In this document: positions 17,878 to 28,103 of the stretch, piece after piece | How positions within the stretch are numbered: position 1 is the first letter of the stretch | Layout: each line of letters opens with the position of its first letter | Assembly (NCBI GenBank): GCA_964411375.1 | Contig: CAYPKR010000002.1 | Coordinates: 894 to 64,893, forward strand | Direction: 5' to 3' | DNA: 64,000 bases | Origin: an uncultured Candidatus Saccharibacteria bacterium | GTDB lineage: Bacteria; Patescibacteriota; Minisyncoccia; Phycocordibacterales; UBA12088 | Notes under the pieces: generated by a model | Database searches by the model: none | Seen by the model: the letters and a program-made list of their open reading frames with translations, nothing else | What the model was told of the DNA's origin: nothing | Translations under genes and position numbers: made by a program

Positions 17878-18234
17878 GTCGTGCCTTTCGTGTTAGGTTG
17901 AGTTGTCGAAGAACAAAGAACCGATCGGTCATGCGAACAGTTATAAGACTGTAATCGTATGCCCGAAGGAAAGATGTAGATGGCGGAAAACACTAAAAAT
18001 CCCGCGTACATCGCTCCTTTGGGTATGCGCGCACGAATTACTTGCAAAACGCAAGTAGGAAGATTTGAAGAATTCTGCCCCTAAGTAATTTGAGGCAAAG
18101 TTCTGGAAACCTTATTCGATAAGGTAAGGAACAGTATCTTAGGCTAGGAAAATACCCTTATGTCAAAACGCCAGACTATGTAATATACCCATTGAAAAGA
18201 GGTGTCAATACAAGTAATACACTTTTCAATAATA

Positions 18235-18309
18235 TGGTCGGGGCGCCGGGATTTGAACCCGGAGTCGCACGAACCCGAATCGTGCATGTTACCGTTACAC
18301 TACGCCCCG
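18235..18309 (-). tRNA. tRNA-Pro(CGG)
   Basis: CGGGGCG/CGCCCCG-A-CCA, anticodon arm CACGA-TTCGGGT-TCGTG. Confidence 0.95.
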
Positions 18310-18346
18310 TGTGATGCTTTTGTAGTCATGAAGATTTGTGACTCTG

Positions 18347-18419
18347 TGGACCTGAGGGAGCTCGAATCCCTGACCTCTGCAATGCGAATGCAGCGCTCTA
18401 CCAGCTGAGCTACAGGCCC
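18347..18419 (-). tRNA. tRNA-Ala(CGC)
   Basis: GGGCCTG/CAGGTCC with G3-U70, anticodon arm CTGCA-TTCGCAT-TGCAG. Confidence 0.93.
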
Positions 18420-18521
18420 ATAGATGAACCTGATCGTATCAAAATTTATTTAGGAAAAGAAGAAGTATTGTTGGCAATTTTGTGCGGCGTTTTTAATGAA
18501 ACCTGGTAGTCTTATAAGGCA

Positions 18522-19352
18522 ATGCCTGAATCATTTTTCAAACGACAAGTAATTCCACTTACGCTAACCGCTGTTGTATGCGGCGTTTTGGTACTTCTTC
18601 TGTGGGCTGAAATTATCATTCTCAATCAATTTACATCTGTCGATATCAAAGCGCAGGTGCTTTTCGTCGACGTTTTGATCGGTCTCACTATTTATCTTAA
18701 GACGTCAATCGATTTTGCAATTTTTATCGGCGGACTCATGCATGAGTATCCTGGATGGAAAAATCGTGTTGCGATCGAGATCGGGACCGCAGTAGGGAAT
18801 GCAGCGGGCACGATGATCGTGCTCGCTGTCTGGACCTTTTTTAAGGAAGTTGAATTCCTCCTCGCGATAATGATTTTCCTCGCAGCACTCGTGCTTTTCC
18901 GTCTAGCAGAAGAAGGGTTGCCGCACATCGAAAGCATGGAACGCGGCTATCCGAAATGGTTCCGCGATTTTTCACTTTTACTTCGACACGCGCTCGGTTT
19001 TGTTAACAGAATCGTTGAGCCATTTCTTTCACGCATTGTTCCAAACCCAAAGACGCGAGAAGCGGCAAAGAAAACATTCCTCTCATTATTTATGTTTTCC
19101 TTAACCATCCCATTTATTCTCGGACTCGATGACTTTGCCGGATATGTACCGATCTTTAGCATTGTTAATGTATTCGGATTTGCAATCGGTGCGTTTCTTG
19201 GTCATATGTTCCTCAATATCTTTTTGTACGTGAGTCCTGATGCGACGATTAAAATTGTAAAAAATCCAATCGTTGCGGTCGTTGGGAGTATCGTCTTTAT
19301 CGGTCTGGGTGCTGCTGGCTTGTACGAAGTTGCTAAAATTATCGTTAGCTAG
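18522..19352 (+). CDS. LysE-superfamily/CadD-like membrane transporter
   Basis: Two TM halves with TSIDF and GLDDFAGY motifs. Confidence 0.6.
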   Translation: MPESFFKRQVIPLTLTAVVCGVLVLLLWAEIIILNQFTSVDIKAQVLFVDVLIGLTIYLKTSIDFAIFIGGLMHEYPGWKNRVAIEIGTAVGNAAGTMIVLAVWTFFKEVEFLLAIMIFLAALVLFRLAEEGLPHIESMERGYPKWFRDFSLLLRHALGFVNRIVEPFLSRIVPNPKTREAAKKTFLSLFMFSLTIPFILGLDDFAGYVPIFSIVNVFGFAIGAFLGHMFLNIFLYVSPDATIKIVKNPIVAVVGSIVFIGLGAAGLYEVAKIIVS

Positions 19353-19370
19353 TGATATACTGATTTCACT

Positions 19371-19850
19371 ATGAGGCAGGAACAGACTCCAATCGAGCGG
19401 TTTGTATCATGGATCGGCTCTTCGAGCTCGCTCTTTGTGCATACCGTATTTTTTATTGCGTCTCTTGGCGCAGCGGCGCTTCATTTTGCACCGTGGGATT
19501 CAGTACTTCTGGTTTTGACAACGGTTGTGTCGCTTGAAGCGATCTATCTCGCCATTTTTATTCAAATGACGGTGAACCGAAACACACAAAGTCTTCGTGA
19601 AGTTGAACAAGATGTCGATAAAATTCAAGAAGACGTTGATGAGATTCAAGAAGATGTCGAAGATATCGGTGAAGATATTGAAGGGCTTGAAAAAGACATG
19701 GATGAGATCCACGACGATATCGAAGAAATGACCGAAGAAGAAAAGGAAGATGAGGCACGAGAAAAAAAGCACGAAGTAACGCTCGAAACGATGACCGAGA
19801 GTCTCCGCAAGCTCCTTACGGAAGTTGAAGAATTGAAAAAACGACGTTGA
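19371..19850 (+). CDS. DUF1003-like membrane protein with acidic heptad coiled coil
   Basis: LLVLTTVVSLEAIYLAIFIQMTVNR followed by DVDKIQE-type heptads. Confidence 0.8.
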   Translation: MRQEQTPIERFVSWIGSSSSLFVHTVFFIASLGAAALHFAPWDSVLLVLTTVVSLEAIYLAIFIQMTVNRNTQSLREVEQDVDKIQEDVDEIQEDVEDIGEDIEGLEKDMDEIHDDIEEMTEEEKEDEAREKKHEVTLETMTESLRKLLTEVEELKKRR

Positions 19851-19922
19851 TAACTTCGCTTTTGCCGGCGAATCGAGGTGATAGAATAGAGAAGTACTCG
19901 TTACCAACTCTGAACGAAAACT

Positions 19923-20057
19923 ATGCAGCACTATGTATGTGATGGCGATTGTGGGACGGTGAAAAAAGGTCCCGGAGTATGCGACAATGCCGATTGCGGA
20001 ATGTCTGGAAGTCAGCTACGATCCTGCAACTGTACGGATAACTCACATAGCGAATAA
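19923..20057 (+). CDS. 44-aa Cys-rich putative metal-binding microprotein (not in ORF track)
   Basis: MQHYVCDGDCGTVKKGPGVCDNADCGMSGSQLRSCNCTDNSHSE*; aaaactATG context. Confidence 0.7.
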   Translation: MQHYVCDGDCGTVKKGPGVCDNADCGMSGSQLRSCNCTDNSHSE

Positions 20058-20129
20058 ATTCTTCTCCGCCGAAAGGGGATTCAGCGGTTCTTTTTGGGAA
20101 GAGCGAGTAACTCTTTCTTTTCACTTTGT

Positions 20130-20369
20130 ATGTCTATAGAAAATCCGGGACAAAATAATATCGAAGGTAATTCTGAAGAATTCGAAGGAATCCTTGAAAA
20201 AATCGCAATCGAGTTTCCTGGAATTGAAGGGAAAGTTGTCGCTAATGTTGCTATTCCTGAAAAAGACTTCAATCTTGTCACTGTTGAGAATGGCTCAGAA
20301 ATTCGAGTATTTAAGGTTTTTCCAAACGGAGAAATCAATGAGTGGACTGCGGCCGAACGCCAAAGGTAA
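20130..20369 (+). CDS. Small acidic hypothetical protein
   Basis: 79-aa ORF filling the gap before atpB. Confidence 0.55.
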   Translation: MSIENPGQNNIEGNSEEFEGILEKIAIEFPGIEGKVVANVAIPEKDFNLVTVENGSEIRVFKVFPNGEINEWTAAERQR

Positions 20370-20409
20370 AAGACAAAATCGCCATATTTTGCTAGACTAC
20401 GCGTGAAAT

Positions 20410-21174
20410 ATGGAGCATGGAATTGAGATAGCGCTCGCGCCCGAAACCCTATTCACCATAGGGAATTTTCCAGTTACCAATACTCTTGTGACGTCAGCCG
20501 TAGTAACCTTGCTCCTTCTCGCCGCTTCATTTTTTATTGGCAGATCGCTTCGGATGATTCCTGGAAGAATCCAATCTTTGGTTGAGCTCGCATTCACCTT
20601 CATTCTCGACTACGCGACCGAAATTCTCGAAAGCGAATCCATTGCACGGAGATATTTTCCACTTTTTTTGACCCTTTTCCTTTTTATTTTTACTTCAAAT
20701 TTGCTCGAGTTTACGCCGGGCGTTGGTTCTCTCGGGTTTTTCCATGGGGAAATGTTTGCGCCACTGTTTCGAAGCGTAAATACCGATTTGAACACGACCC
20801 TCGCGCTTTCAATTATTTCAGTCATCACGATTGAAGTTGCCGGAATTCTCGCGGTTGGATTTTGGCGCTATGGCGGGAAATTTATCAATTTCTCCAAGCC
20901 ATTTCCGTTCAACTTTATCGTCGGTCTGATTGAGCTTATCTCTGAACTCTCACGATTTGTCTCGTTTTCGTTCCGTCTCTTCGGCAACATTTTTGCCGGC
21001 GAAGTGCTTCTCGCCGTTGTTGGGCTATTTGTCCCATACGTTGTGCCAGTTCCTTTGATGGCATTTGAAATGTTCGTTGGCTTCATTCAGGCGGTTGTCT
21101 TCACGATGTTGACCCTCTTTTTCATCAAATTGGCGATCACCGATCCCCACGGCGGGGAGGCGGGCGCCCATTAG
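20410..21174 (+). CDS. atpB: ATP synthase F0 subunit a
   Basis: PGRIQSLVE, SFSFRLFGNIFAGE, FVGFIQAVVF. Confidence 0.97.
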   Translation: MEHGIEIALAPETLFTIGNFPVTNTLVTSAVVTLLLLAASFFIGRSLRMIPGRIQSLVELAFTFILDYATEILESESIARRYFPLFLTLFLFIFTSNLLEFTPGVGSLGFFHGEMFAPLFRSVNTDLNTTLALSIISVITIEVAGILAVGFWRYGGKFINFSKPFPFNFIVGLIELISELSRFVSFSFRLFGNIFAGEVLLAVVGLFVPYVVPVPLMAFEMFVGFIQAVVFTMLTLFFIKLAITDPHGGEAGAH

Positions 21175-21232
21175 AAACTCGACGAATTCTGTGCTACAGT
21201 ACGGGCATATTTTACTAGCAATTTTAGATTGA

Positions 21233-21463
<231 letters not shown>

Positions 21464-21466
21464 TTA

Positions 21467-21578
21467 GATTTAAGTCAGCGCATTTCTTCGTTGCACTTCG
21501 AAAAATGCCGCTCACTGTACCTTCTGTACAGCTCGCGTCATTTTTCTCGTGCGCCTCGAACTGCATCCAACTAAAATC
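21467..21578. repeat. ~112-bp imperfect palindrome, ERIC/MITE-like
   Basis: Nested arms gatttaagt/actaaaatc, gcac/gtgc, gaaaaatg/catttttc, ctgtac/gtacag. Confidence 0.6.
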
Positions 21579-21616
21579 GAATCCGACCTTTTCAGAACGT
21601 TTTTAGCAACAAAAGT

Positions 21617-22066
21617 ATGGGTGATTTATTTTCAGCATTCGGTGTCAATTGGAAACTCCTCATAACGCAGGTGATCAATTTCGGTTTGCTCCTTGTGTTG
21701 CTCCGCTATTTCCTCTACAAGCCAGTTTTGAAAATCATTGACGAGCGAAAAGAGAAAATTGCAAAAGGAGTGCAGGATGCTGAAGAAGCGGGAAAGAAAC
21801 TCGCGCTCGCTGAAGTTGAAAAAGAATCCCTGATAAAGGATGCGAACGTAAAAGCAGAAGAGATTGTCGCCGAAGCAAAGACCTACGCAACCGAAAAAGG
21901 AAATGCGCTTGTACATGAAGCTGAAGCAAAAAGTGAAGCGATTCTCTCTGATGCTGAAGCGCGTGCTGAAGAAGCAAAACATCGAGCACTCAAAGAAAGT
22001 GAAGCGGAAGTCGCAAAGCTTGCTATTCTCGGCGCTGAAAAAATTCTTCGAGAAAAACTCAACTAA
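21617..22066 (+). CDS. atpF: ATP synthase F0 subunit b
   Basis: QVINFGLLLVLLRYFLYKPVLKIIDER plus coiled coil. Confidence 0.96.
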   Translation: MGDLFSAFGVNWKLLITQVINFGLLLVLLRYFLYKPVLKIIDERKEKIAKGVQDAEEAGKKLALAEVEKESLIKDANVKAEEIVAEAKTYATEKGNALVHEAEAKSEAILSDAEARAEEAKHRALKESEAEVAKLAILGAEKILREKLN

Positions 22067-22067
22067 T

Positions 22068-22430
22068 ATGAAACTTGCTAAGGAATACGCACAGATTCTT
22101 CGAGAACTTCCGCAAGACAGGAAGCATGAGGATCATTTCTTTGCGATTCTTAAGCGTCGTGGTCATGAAAAACTCCTTCCTGCCATCCTTTCTGCATACG
22201 AGCGAATTTTGGCAAAAGAATCAAAAACGGCAAAAGAAGTGGTTGTTGTTGCGCATGAAAAAGAAGGTGTAAAAGCTAAAGCACATGCGGAGAAGTTTGG
22301 GGCAGTCGATCCTACCGTTCGCGTTGATCATACGATTGTTGGCGGATGGCGCTATATGGGAAAATCGACGCTCGTCGATCACACCTACAAACGCGCGCTT
22401 CTTGATTTATATAGAAAAATGACGGCATAA
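22068..22430 (+). CDS. atpH: ATP synthase delta subunit, shortened
   Basis: Position between atpF and atpA; VDHTIVGG..VDHTYKRAL C-terminal motif. Confidence 0.8.
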   Translation: MKLAKEYAQILRELPQDRKHEDHFFAILKRRGHEKLLPAILSAYERILAKESKTAKEVVVVAHEKEGVKAKAHAEKFGAVDPTVRVDHTIVGGWRYMGKSTLVDHTYKRALLDLYRKMTA

Positions 22431-22439
22431 AAAATTATT

Positions 22440-24005
22440 ATGAATACAGCACTTATTGAACGCCTCAAGGCAGAAATCGAACATTTCGCTCCGGAAGGAA
22501 AAGCCGAAACCATCGGTCGCGTAACCGCGGTTGGCGATGGTATTGCAGAAATTTCTGGACTTGATAATGCCGTCATGTCCGAAATGCTTGTCTTTGATGA
22601 TTCGGAAGGAAAGTCGCTTGCACACGGAATGGAATCAAAAACCGAAGTCTTCGGTCTCGTCTTGAACCTTGAAGAAGACTCAGTACGTGCGGTTATTCTT
22701 GGTGACACAAAACGTGTGAAGGAGGGAATGATTGCAAAATCGACCGGTAGAGTGCTTTCAATTCCCGTTGGTGAAGAGCTTCTTGGACGCGTGGTAGATC
22801 CTCTGATGCAACCGCTTGATGGAAAAGCAGCTATTAAAGGAGCAAAACACTACCCAGTTGAGCGTGTTGCCTACGGCGTCATGGATCGAAAGTCGGTTGA
22901 TACACCGCTCCACACCGGCATCAAAGCAATTGATGCGATGATTCCGATTGGCCGTGGTCAACGCGAGCTTATCATCGGCGATCGCTTTACCGGAAAGACG
23001 ACCGTTGCGATCGACACGATTCTCAATCAAAAATCAGAACCTGAAGATACACGCCCGATTTGTATTTATGTTGCAATCGGTCAAAAGGAATCAAAGGTTG
23101 CGCAAATGGTAGAACTTCTTCGCGAAGCGGGCGCGCTTGAATACACAATTGTTGTTTCAGCATCTGCGTCAAAACCAGCAGCACTCCAATTCCTCGCACC
23201 ATTCGCTGGTGCGGCAGTCGGCGAATATTTCATGGAAAAAGGAAAAGATGCGCTCATTATTTATGACGATCTTTCTAAACACGCAGTCGCATACCGCCAG
23301 ATGTCACTCTTGCTTCGTCGTCCGCCAGGCCGTGAAGCATATCCGGGCGACGTCTTTTATCTCCACTCTCGTCTTCTTGAACGTGCAGCACGCCTTTCTG
23401 ACAAACTTGGCGGTGGATCTTTGACCGCACTTCCAATTATCGAAACCCAGGATAACGATGTTTCTGCATATATTCCAACCAACGTCATTTCGATTACGGA
23501 CGGTCAGCTTTTCCTTGAGTCTGATCTTTTCAACAAAGGACTTCGTCCTGCAATCAACGTCGGTATTTCCGTTTCGCGTGTCGGCTCATCCGCACAAACA
23601 AAAGCGATGAAAAAAGTCGCGGGAAAAATTCGCCTCGAGCTTGCACAGTTCCGCGAGCTCGAAGCGTTCATGCAGTTCGCTTCTGATCTCGATCCAGAAA
23701 CAAAAAAGCGTATCGATTCAGGAACTAGGCTTACCGAAGCACTCCGTCAAAAGAAAAACGCCCCGATTCCATTTGAGGAACAGGTCGTTATGATTTATGC
23801 CGCGACAAACGGACTTCTTGAAACAGTCGCAGTTTCAAATGTGCTTGCGGTTGAAGAAAAACTCCTTGCGTATGTTGATCGTGAACATAAGGAAGTTTTG
23901 ACTGCGATTAAAAATGAAAAGGCAATTTCAGAAACGACGGAAGGGAAGTTAAAGGAAGCGCTTGAGGGATTTAAAGTTGCACACTCGGAGTACTTCGGAA
24001 AGTAA
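22440..24005 (+). CDS. atpA: ATP synthase F1 alpha
   Basis: [31 protein letters not shown]. Confidence 0.99.
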   Translation: MNTALIERLKAEIEHFAPEGKAETIGRVTAVGDGIAEISGLDNAVMSEMLVFDDSEGKSLAHGMESKTEVFGLVLNLEEDSVRAVILGDTKRVKEGMIAKSTGRVLSIPVGEELLGRVVDPLMQPLDGKAAIKGAKHYPVERVAYGVMDRKSVDTPLHTGIKAIDAMIPIGRGQRELIIGDRFTGKTTVAIDTILNQKSEPEDTRPICIYVAIGQKESKVAQMVELLREAGALEYTIVVSASASKPAALQFLAPFAGAAVGEYFMEKGKDALIIYDDLSKHAVAYRQMSLLLRRPPGREAYPGDVFYLHSRLLERAARLSDKLGGGSLTALPIIETQDNDVSAYIPTNVISITDGQLFLESDLFNKGLRPAINVGISVSRVGSSAQTKAMKKVAGKIRLELAQFRELEAFMQFASDLDPETKKRIDSGTRLTEALRQKKNAPIPFEEQVVMIYAATNGLLETVAVSNVLAVEEKLLAYVDREHKEVLTAIKNEKAISETTEGKLKEALEGFKVAHSEYFGK

Positions 24006-24129
24006 GAAATCAAAATGGGCCGACTTCCAAAAGAAGCCGACCCCTCGTCCATGAGCCATATAGGTCAATATAACTTAGCTCGCTATAACTAAAAAGTAAT
24101 ATATAGGAGGTGCAGAATTTGTCAAGTCC

Positions 24130-25050
24130 ATGGCAATTAAGACAATAAAAAACAAAATACGAGCCATTCAGAAGACGAGCAAGGTCACCAAAGCCTTGGA
24201 ATCGGTTTCTGCGGTTAAGATGCGGAAATCACAGGAAAAAGCGCTTCACGGGCGACCGTACGCGACCGCTGCTCTTGGCATTTTGAAGCGATTAGCAGGC
24301 TCAATTGATGGCACATCGCATCCACTTTCCAAAAAACGACCAGTTAAAAAACTCGGACTTGTCGTATTTGCCTCGGACAAAGGTCTTGCGGGAGCACTGA
24401 ACGCATCGGTTTTGAAAGAGGCTGTTGCCGCGATTGAAAAACGAAATCTGAAACCCGAGCAGGTAGTAGTTTATGCGATTGGCCGCAAGGCGTTTGAATT
24501 TTTTCATAAGCGCGGTTACAAAATCGCTGAACATTTTGATGATGTCGAGGATCAGGCGCGTGAGCATGAGGTCAGTCGAATCACCGACATGATACTCCGA
24601 GCATTTCTCTCAGAAGAAATCGATGAAGCGGTACTTGTATATACCAATTTTAAATCAACATTTGAACAAAAACCGGTCTCACGTACTGTTCTTCCGGTAA
24701 CCCTTTCGAGTATGGAAGAATTTGTGAAGGGAATTGTCCCAATTCGCGGGCGCTACTCCGATGTTTCTGAAAAAGATGAAGCCCCAGTCAAAGCATTTAC
24801 GGTTGAGCCCGATCCAACATCAGTCCTTGCGGTGTTGATGCCACGACTTGCAAATATTGCGGTTTACCATGCCTTGATCGAAGCGCGCGCTTCAGAACAT
24901 TCTGCTCGCATGGTTGCGATGAAAAATGCGACCGACAAAGCAAAAGAAGTTTCAAAAGATTTGACCTTAGTCTACAACAAGGCGCGACAAGCGCTCATCA
25001 CGAGAGAAGTGTCAGAAATCGTCGGTGGAATGGAGGCAATGGCCAACTAA
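24130..25050 (+). CDS. atpG: ATP synthase F1 gamma
   Basis: SDKGLAGALN, SEHSARMVAMKNATD, NKARQALITRE. Confidence 0.98.
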   Translation: MAIKTIKNKIRAIQKTSKVTKALESVSAVKMRKSQEKALHGRPYATAALGILKRLAGSIDGTSHPLSKKRPVKKLGLVVFASDKGLAGALNASVLKEAVAAIEKRNLKPEQVVVYAIGRKAFEFFHKRGYKIAEHFDDVEDQAREHEVSRITDMILRAFLSEEIDEAVLVYTNFKSTFEQKPVSRTVLPVTLSSMEEFVKGIVPIRGRYSDVSEKDEAPVKAFTVEPDPTSVLAVLMPRLANIAVYHALIEARASEHSARMVAMKNATDKAKEVSKDLTLVYNKARQALITREVSEIVGGMEAMAN

Positions 25051-25099
25051 AAAGTAAAACCGCACGGAAGGAATTAGACCTTCGCATGCGGTTAGAGAT

Positions 25100-25327
25100 T
25101 CATTCTTCGTAGTTACATATTCTTCGGCTTTTAATTAACCACCAGAAGATAAGTGAGCCAACGAGCGTGGCACCGAAGAGCAGGAAGCAGAATGCTTGTG
25201 CCCATGCTGGAGGATTGGGAGAAAGCTTGTCGTGATTGGTAGCTAGAATGCCACTTGCACCTAACCCCATCAGCCCTGCAACAAACGCTAGGACGCAGCA
25301 CAGAAGTAATGTCTTTCGACCAAGCAT
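25100..25327 (-). CDS. Small 2-TM orphan protein
   Basis: MLGRKTLLL... 75 aa; SD-like GGGGTGAG upstream. Confidence 0.55.
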   Translation of the reverse strand: MLGRKTLLLCCVLAFVAGLMGLGASGILATNHDKLSPNPPAWAQAFCFLLFGATLVGSLIFWWLIKSRRICNYEE

Positions 25328-25407
25328 GTTTTTACTCACCCCTGAACCCCGAGGTGCGGGGGACTCGATTGAGTCCAACGTGTAGTCGGGAGGGTAGGTG
25401 CTGTCCT

Positions 25408-25608
25408 CTATGTTGGACTGCTGACCTTCTTTTCGCTCAGATCCATCATCAGGATCCCAATCAGGGCTCCGACAAGGCTGAGCAAAAACGGCATGGTGAA
25501 CTCGTTGTAATGCTTCTCGCTGAAAGCGATAGCGAACATTGAACCGAGAGAAATGATCAGGACCAGTAGGCCCATGACCAGAACGGGAACATCGCAATAC
25601 TTGTTCAT
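25408..25608 (-). CDS. Small 2-TM orphan protein
   Basis: MNKYCDVPV... 66 aa; GGAGA SD; upstream promoter. Confidence 0.6.
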   Translation of the reverse strand: MNKYCDVPVLVMGLLVLIISLGSMFAIAFSEKHYNEFTMPFLLSLVGALIGILMMDLSEKKVSSPT

Positions 25609-25672
25609 CTGTTCTCTCCGCTTCAATGACCCAGAAGCAGGGGGACTTTGAGTCCGTGTTTAATCTAGCGAT

Positions 25673-25735
25673 AAATTACCACGAATAAATAGAAGTGTCA
25701 AGCGTTTTGTATTTGAGCCATAATTTTGCTACAGT
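25673..25735. promoter_or_regulatory. Back-to-back sigma70 promoters for the antisense orphans and for atpD
   Basis: Minus strand TTGACA(25701-25696)-17-TAATTT; plus strand TTGTAT(25707)-17-TACAGT(25730) with TG extension. Confidence 0.6.
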
Positions 25736-25737
25736 AG

Positions 25738-27287
<1,550 letters not shown>

Positions 27288-27338
27288 TGAATATCTCCCG
27301 CTAGGTCATTCGAAGTAATACTACAATAAAATATAAAA

Positions 27339-27587
27339 ATGGCAACTTTTCATATACATATCGCGTCCGTGGATGAAGTCCTCTTCGACAGCGAAGCGGA
27401 AGCAGTTACGGTGCCTGGCGTCGGTGGAGTGATGACGATCCTCGCCCATCACGAACCAATCATCTCAACTCTCAAGGCAGGAACTATTCATCTCCGTGGC
27501 GCAAAGGAAGGAAATGTAGAGCAAAATTTCTCGGTCTCACAAGGAGTGCTTGAGGTATCGCATAATCGGGTGACAATTCTTCTCTAA
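27339..27587 (+). CDS. atpC: ATP synthase epsilon, N-terminal beta domain only
   Basis: VTVPGVGGVMTILAHHEPIISTLKAG..GVLEV; 82 aa. Confidence 0.92.
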   Translation: MATFHIHIASVDEVLFDSEAEAVTVPGVGGVMTILAHHEPIISTLKAGTIHLRGAKEGNVEQNFSVSQGVLEVSHNRVTILL

Positions 27588-27787
27588 ATAAAATTGCTCA
27601 GGCTTTATAAAACTAAACGACCAGTATCTCGATGAGATCTGGTCGTGTTTACTGCTTTCCTCCTTGGAAAAGTTCGCCCCCCGCTAATATTGCCACCGAA
27701 GAGTGGCGCCAAGAGCAGGGGGCGGAGCGAGGGAGGGAGGCACCGTCTGACTTGACTCCATTACCTTAGCAAAGGGCGTTTTTACTG

Positions 27788-28045
27788 TCAACGGGCATCT
27801 AGAAGTTCTGATTGGGGATAATCTGAATAGGATATCGGTGCATTTCCGAAGGCCGATTCACTCATTCTTAGGATTGAAGCCTTCCCAACAAGCGTCATTA
27901 TGAAACAACTACATAATATCGCTAAAACAGTGTGGTCGATGTTACGGTCAACAGTTGCTGCCGTGGCCAAAGAAGGCGCTAAGCTGAATAGAAATAGATA
28001 CGTAACAACTTTACTCGTGCCGAATCCAAACTTCCGTTCTTTCAT
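27788..28045 (-). CDS. Small TM orphan protein
   Basis: GGAGA SD; hydrophobic segments. Confidence 0.45.
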   Translation of the reverse strand: MKERKFGFGTSKVVTYLFLFSLAPSLATAATVDRNIDHTVLAILCSCFIMTLVGKASILRMSESAFGNAPISYSDYPQSELLDAR

Positions 28046-28103
28046 CAGCTGTCTCCAAAAGTTCAGATATCAATATACTGAACACGCTCTGCTGACGCAA
28101 CGA

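Noticed and set aside
18202-18408. 68-aa ORF containing SGRRDLNP
   Set aside because: Antisense shadow of tRNA-Pro and tRNA-Ala
21864-22067. N-terminal extension of atpH in the ORF track
   Set aside because: Out-of-frame overlap with atpF; the ATG at 22068 follows the atpF stop
24015-24092. 25-aa ORF between atpA and atpG
   Set aside because: Too short, no SD or motif, and cannot be supported from sequence alone
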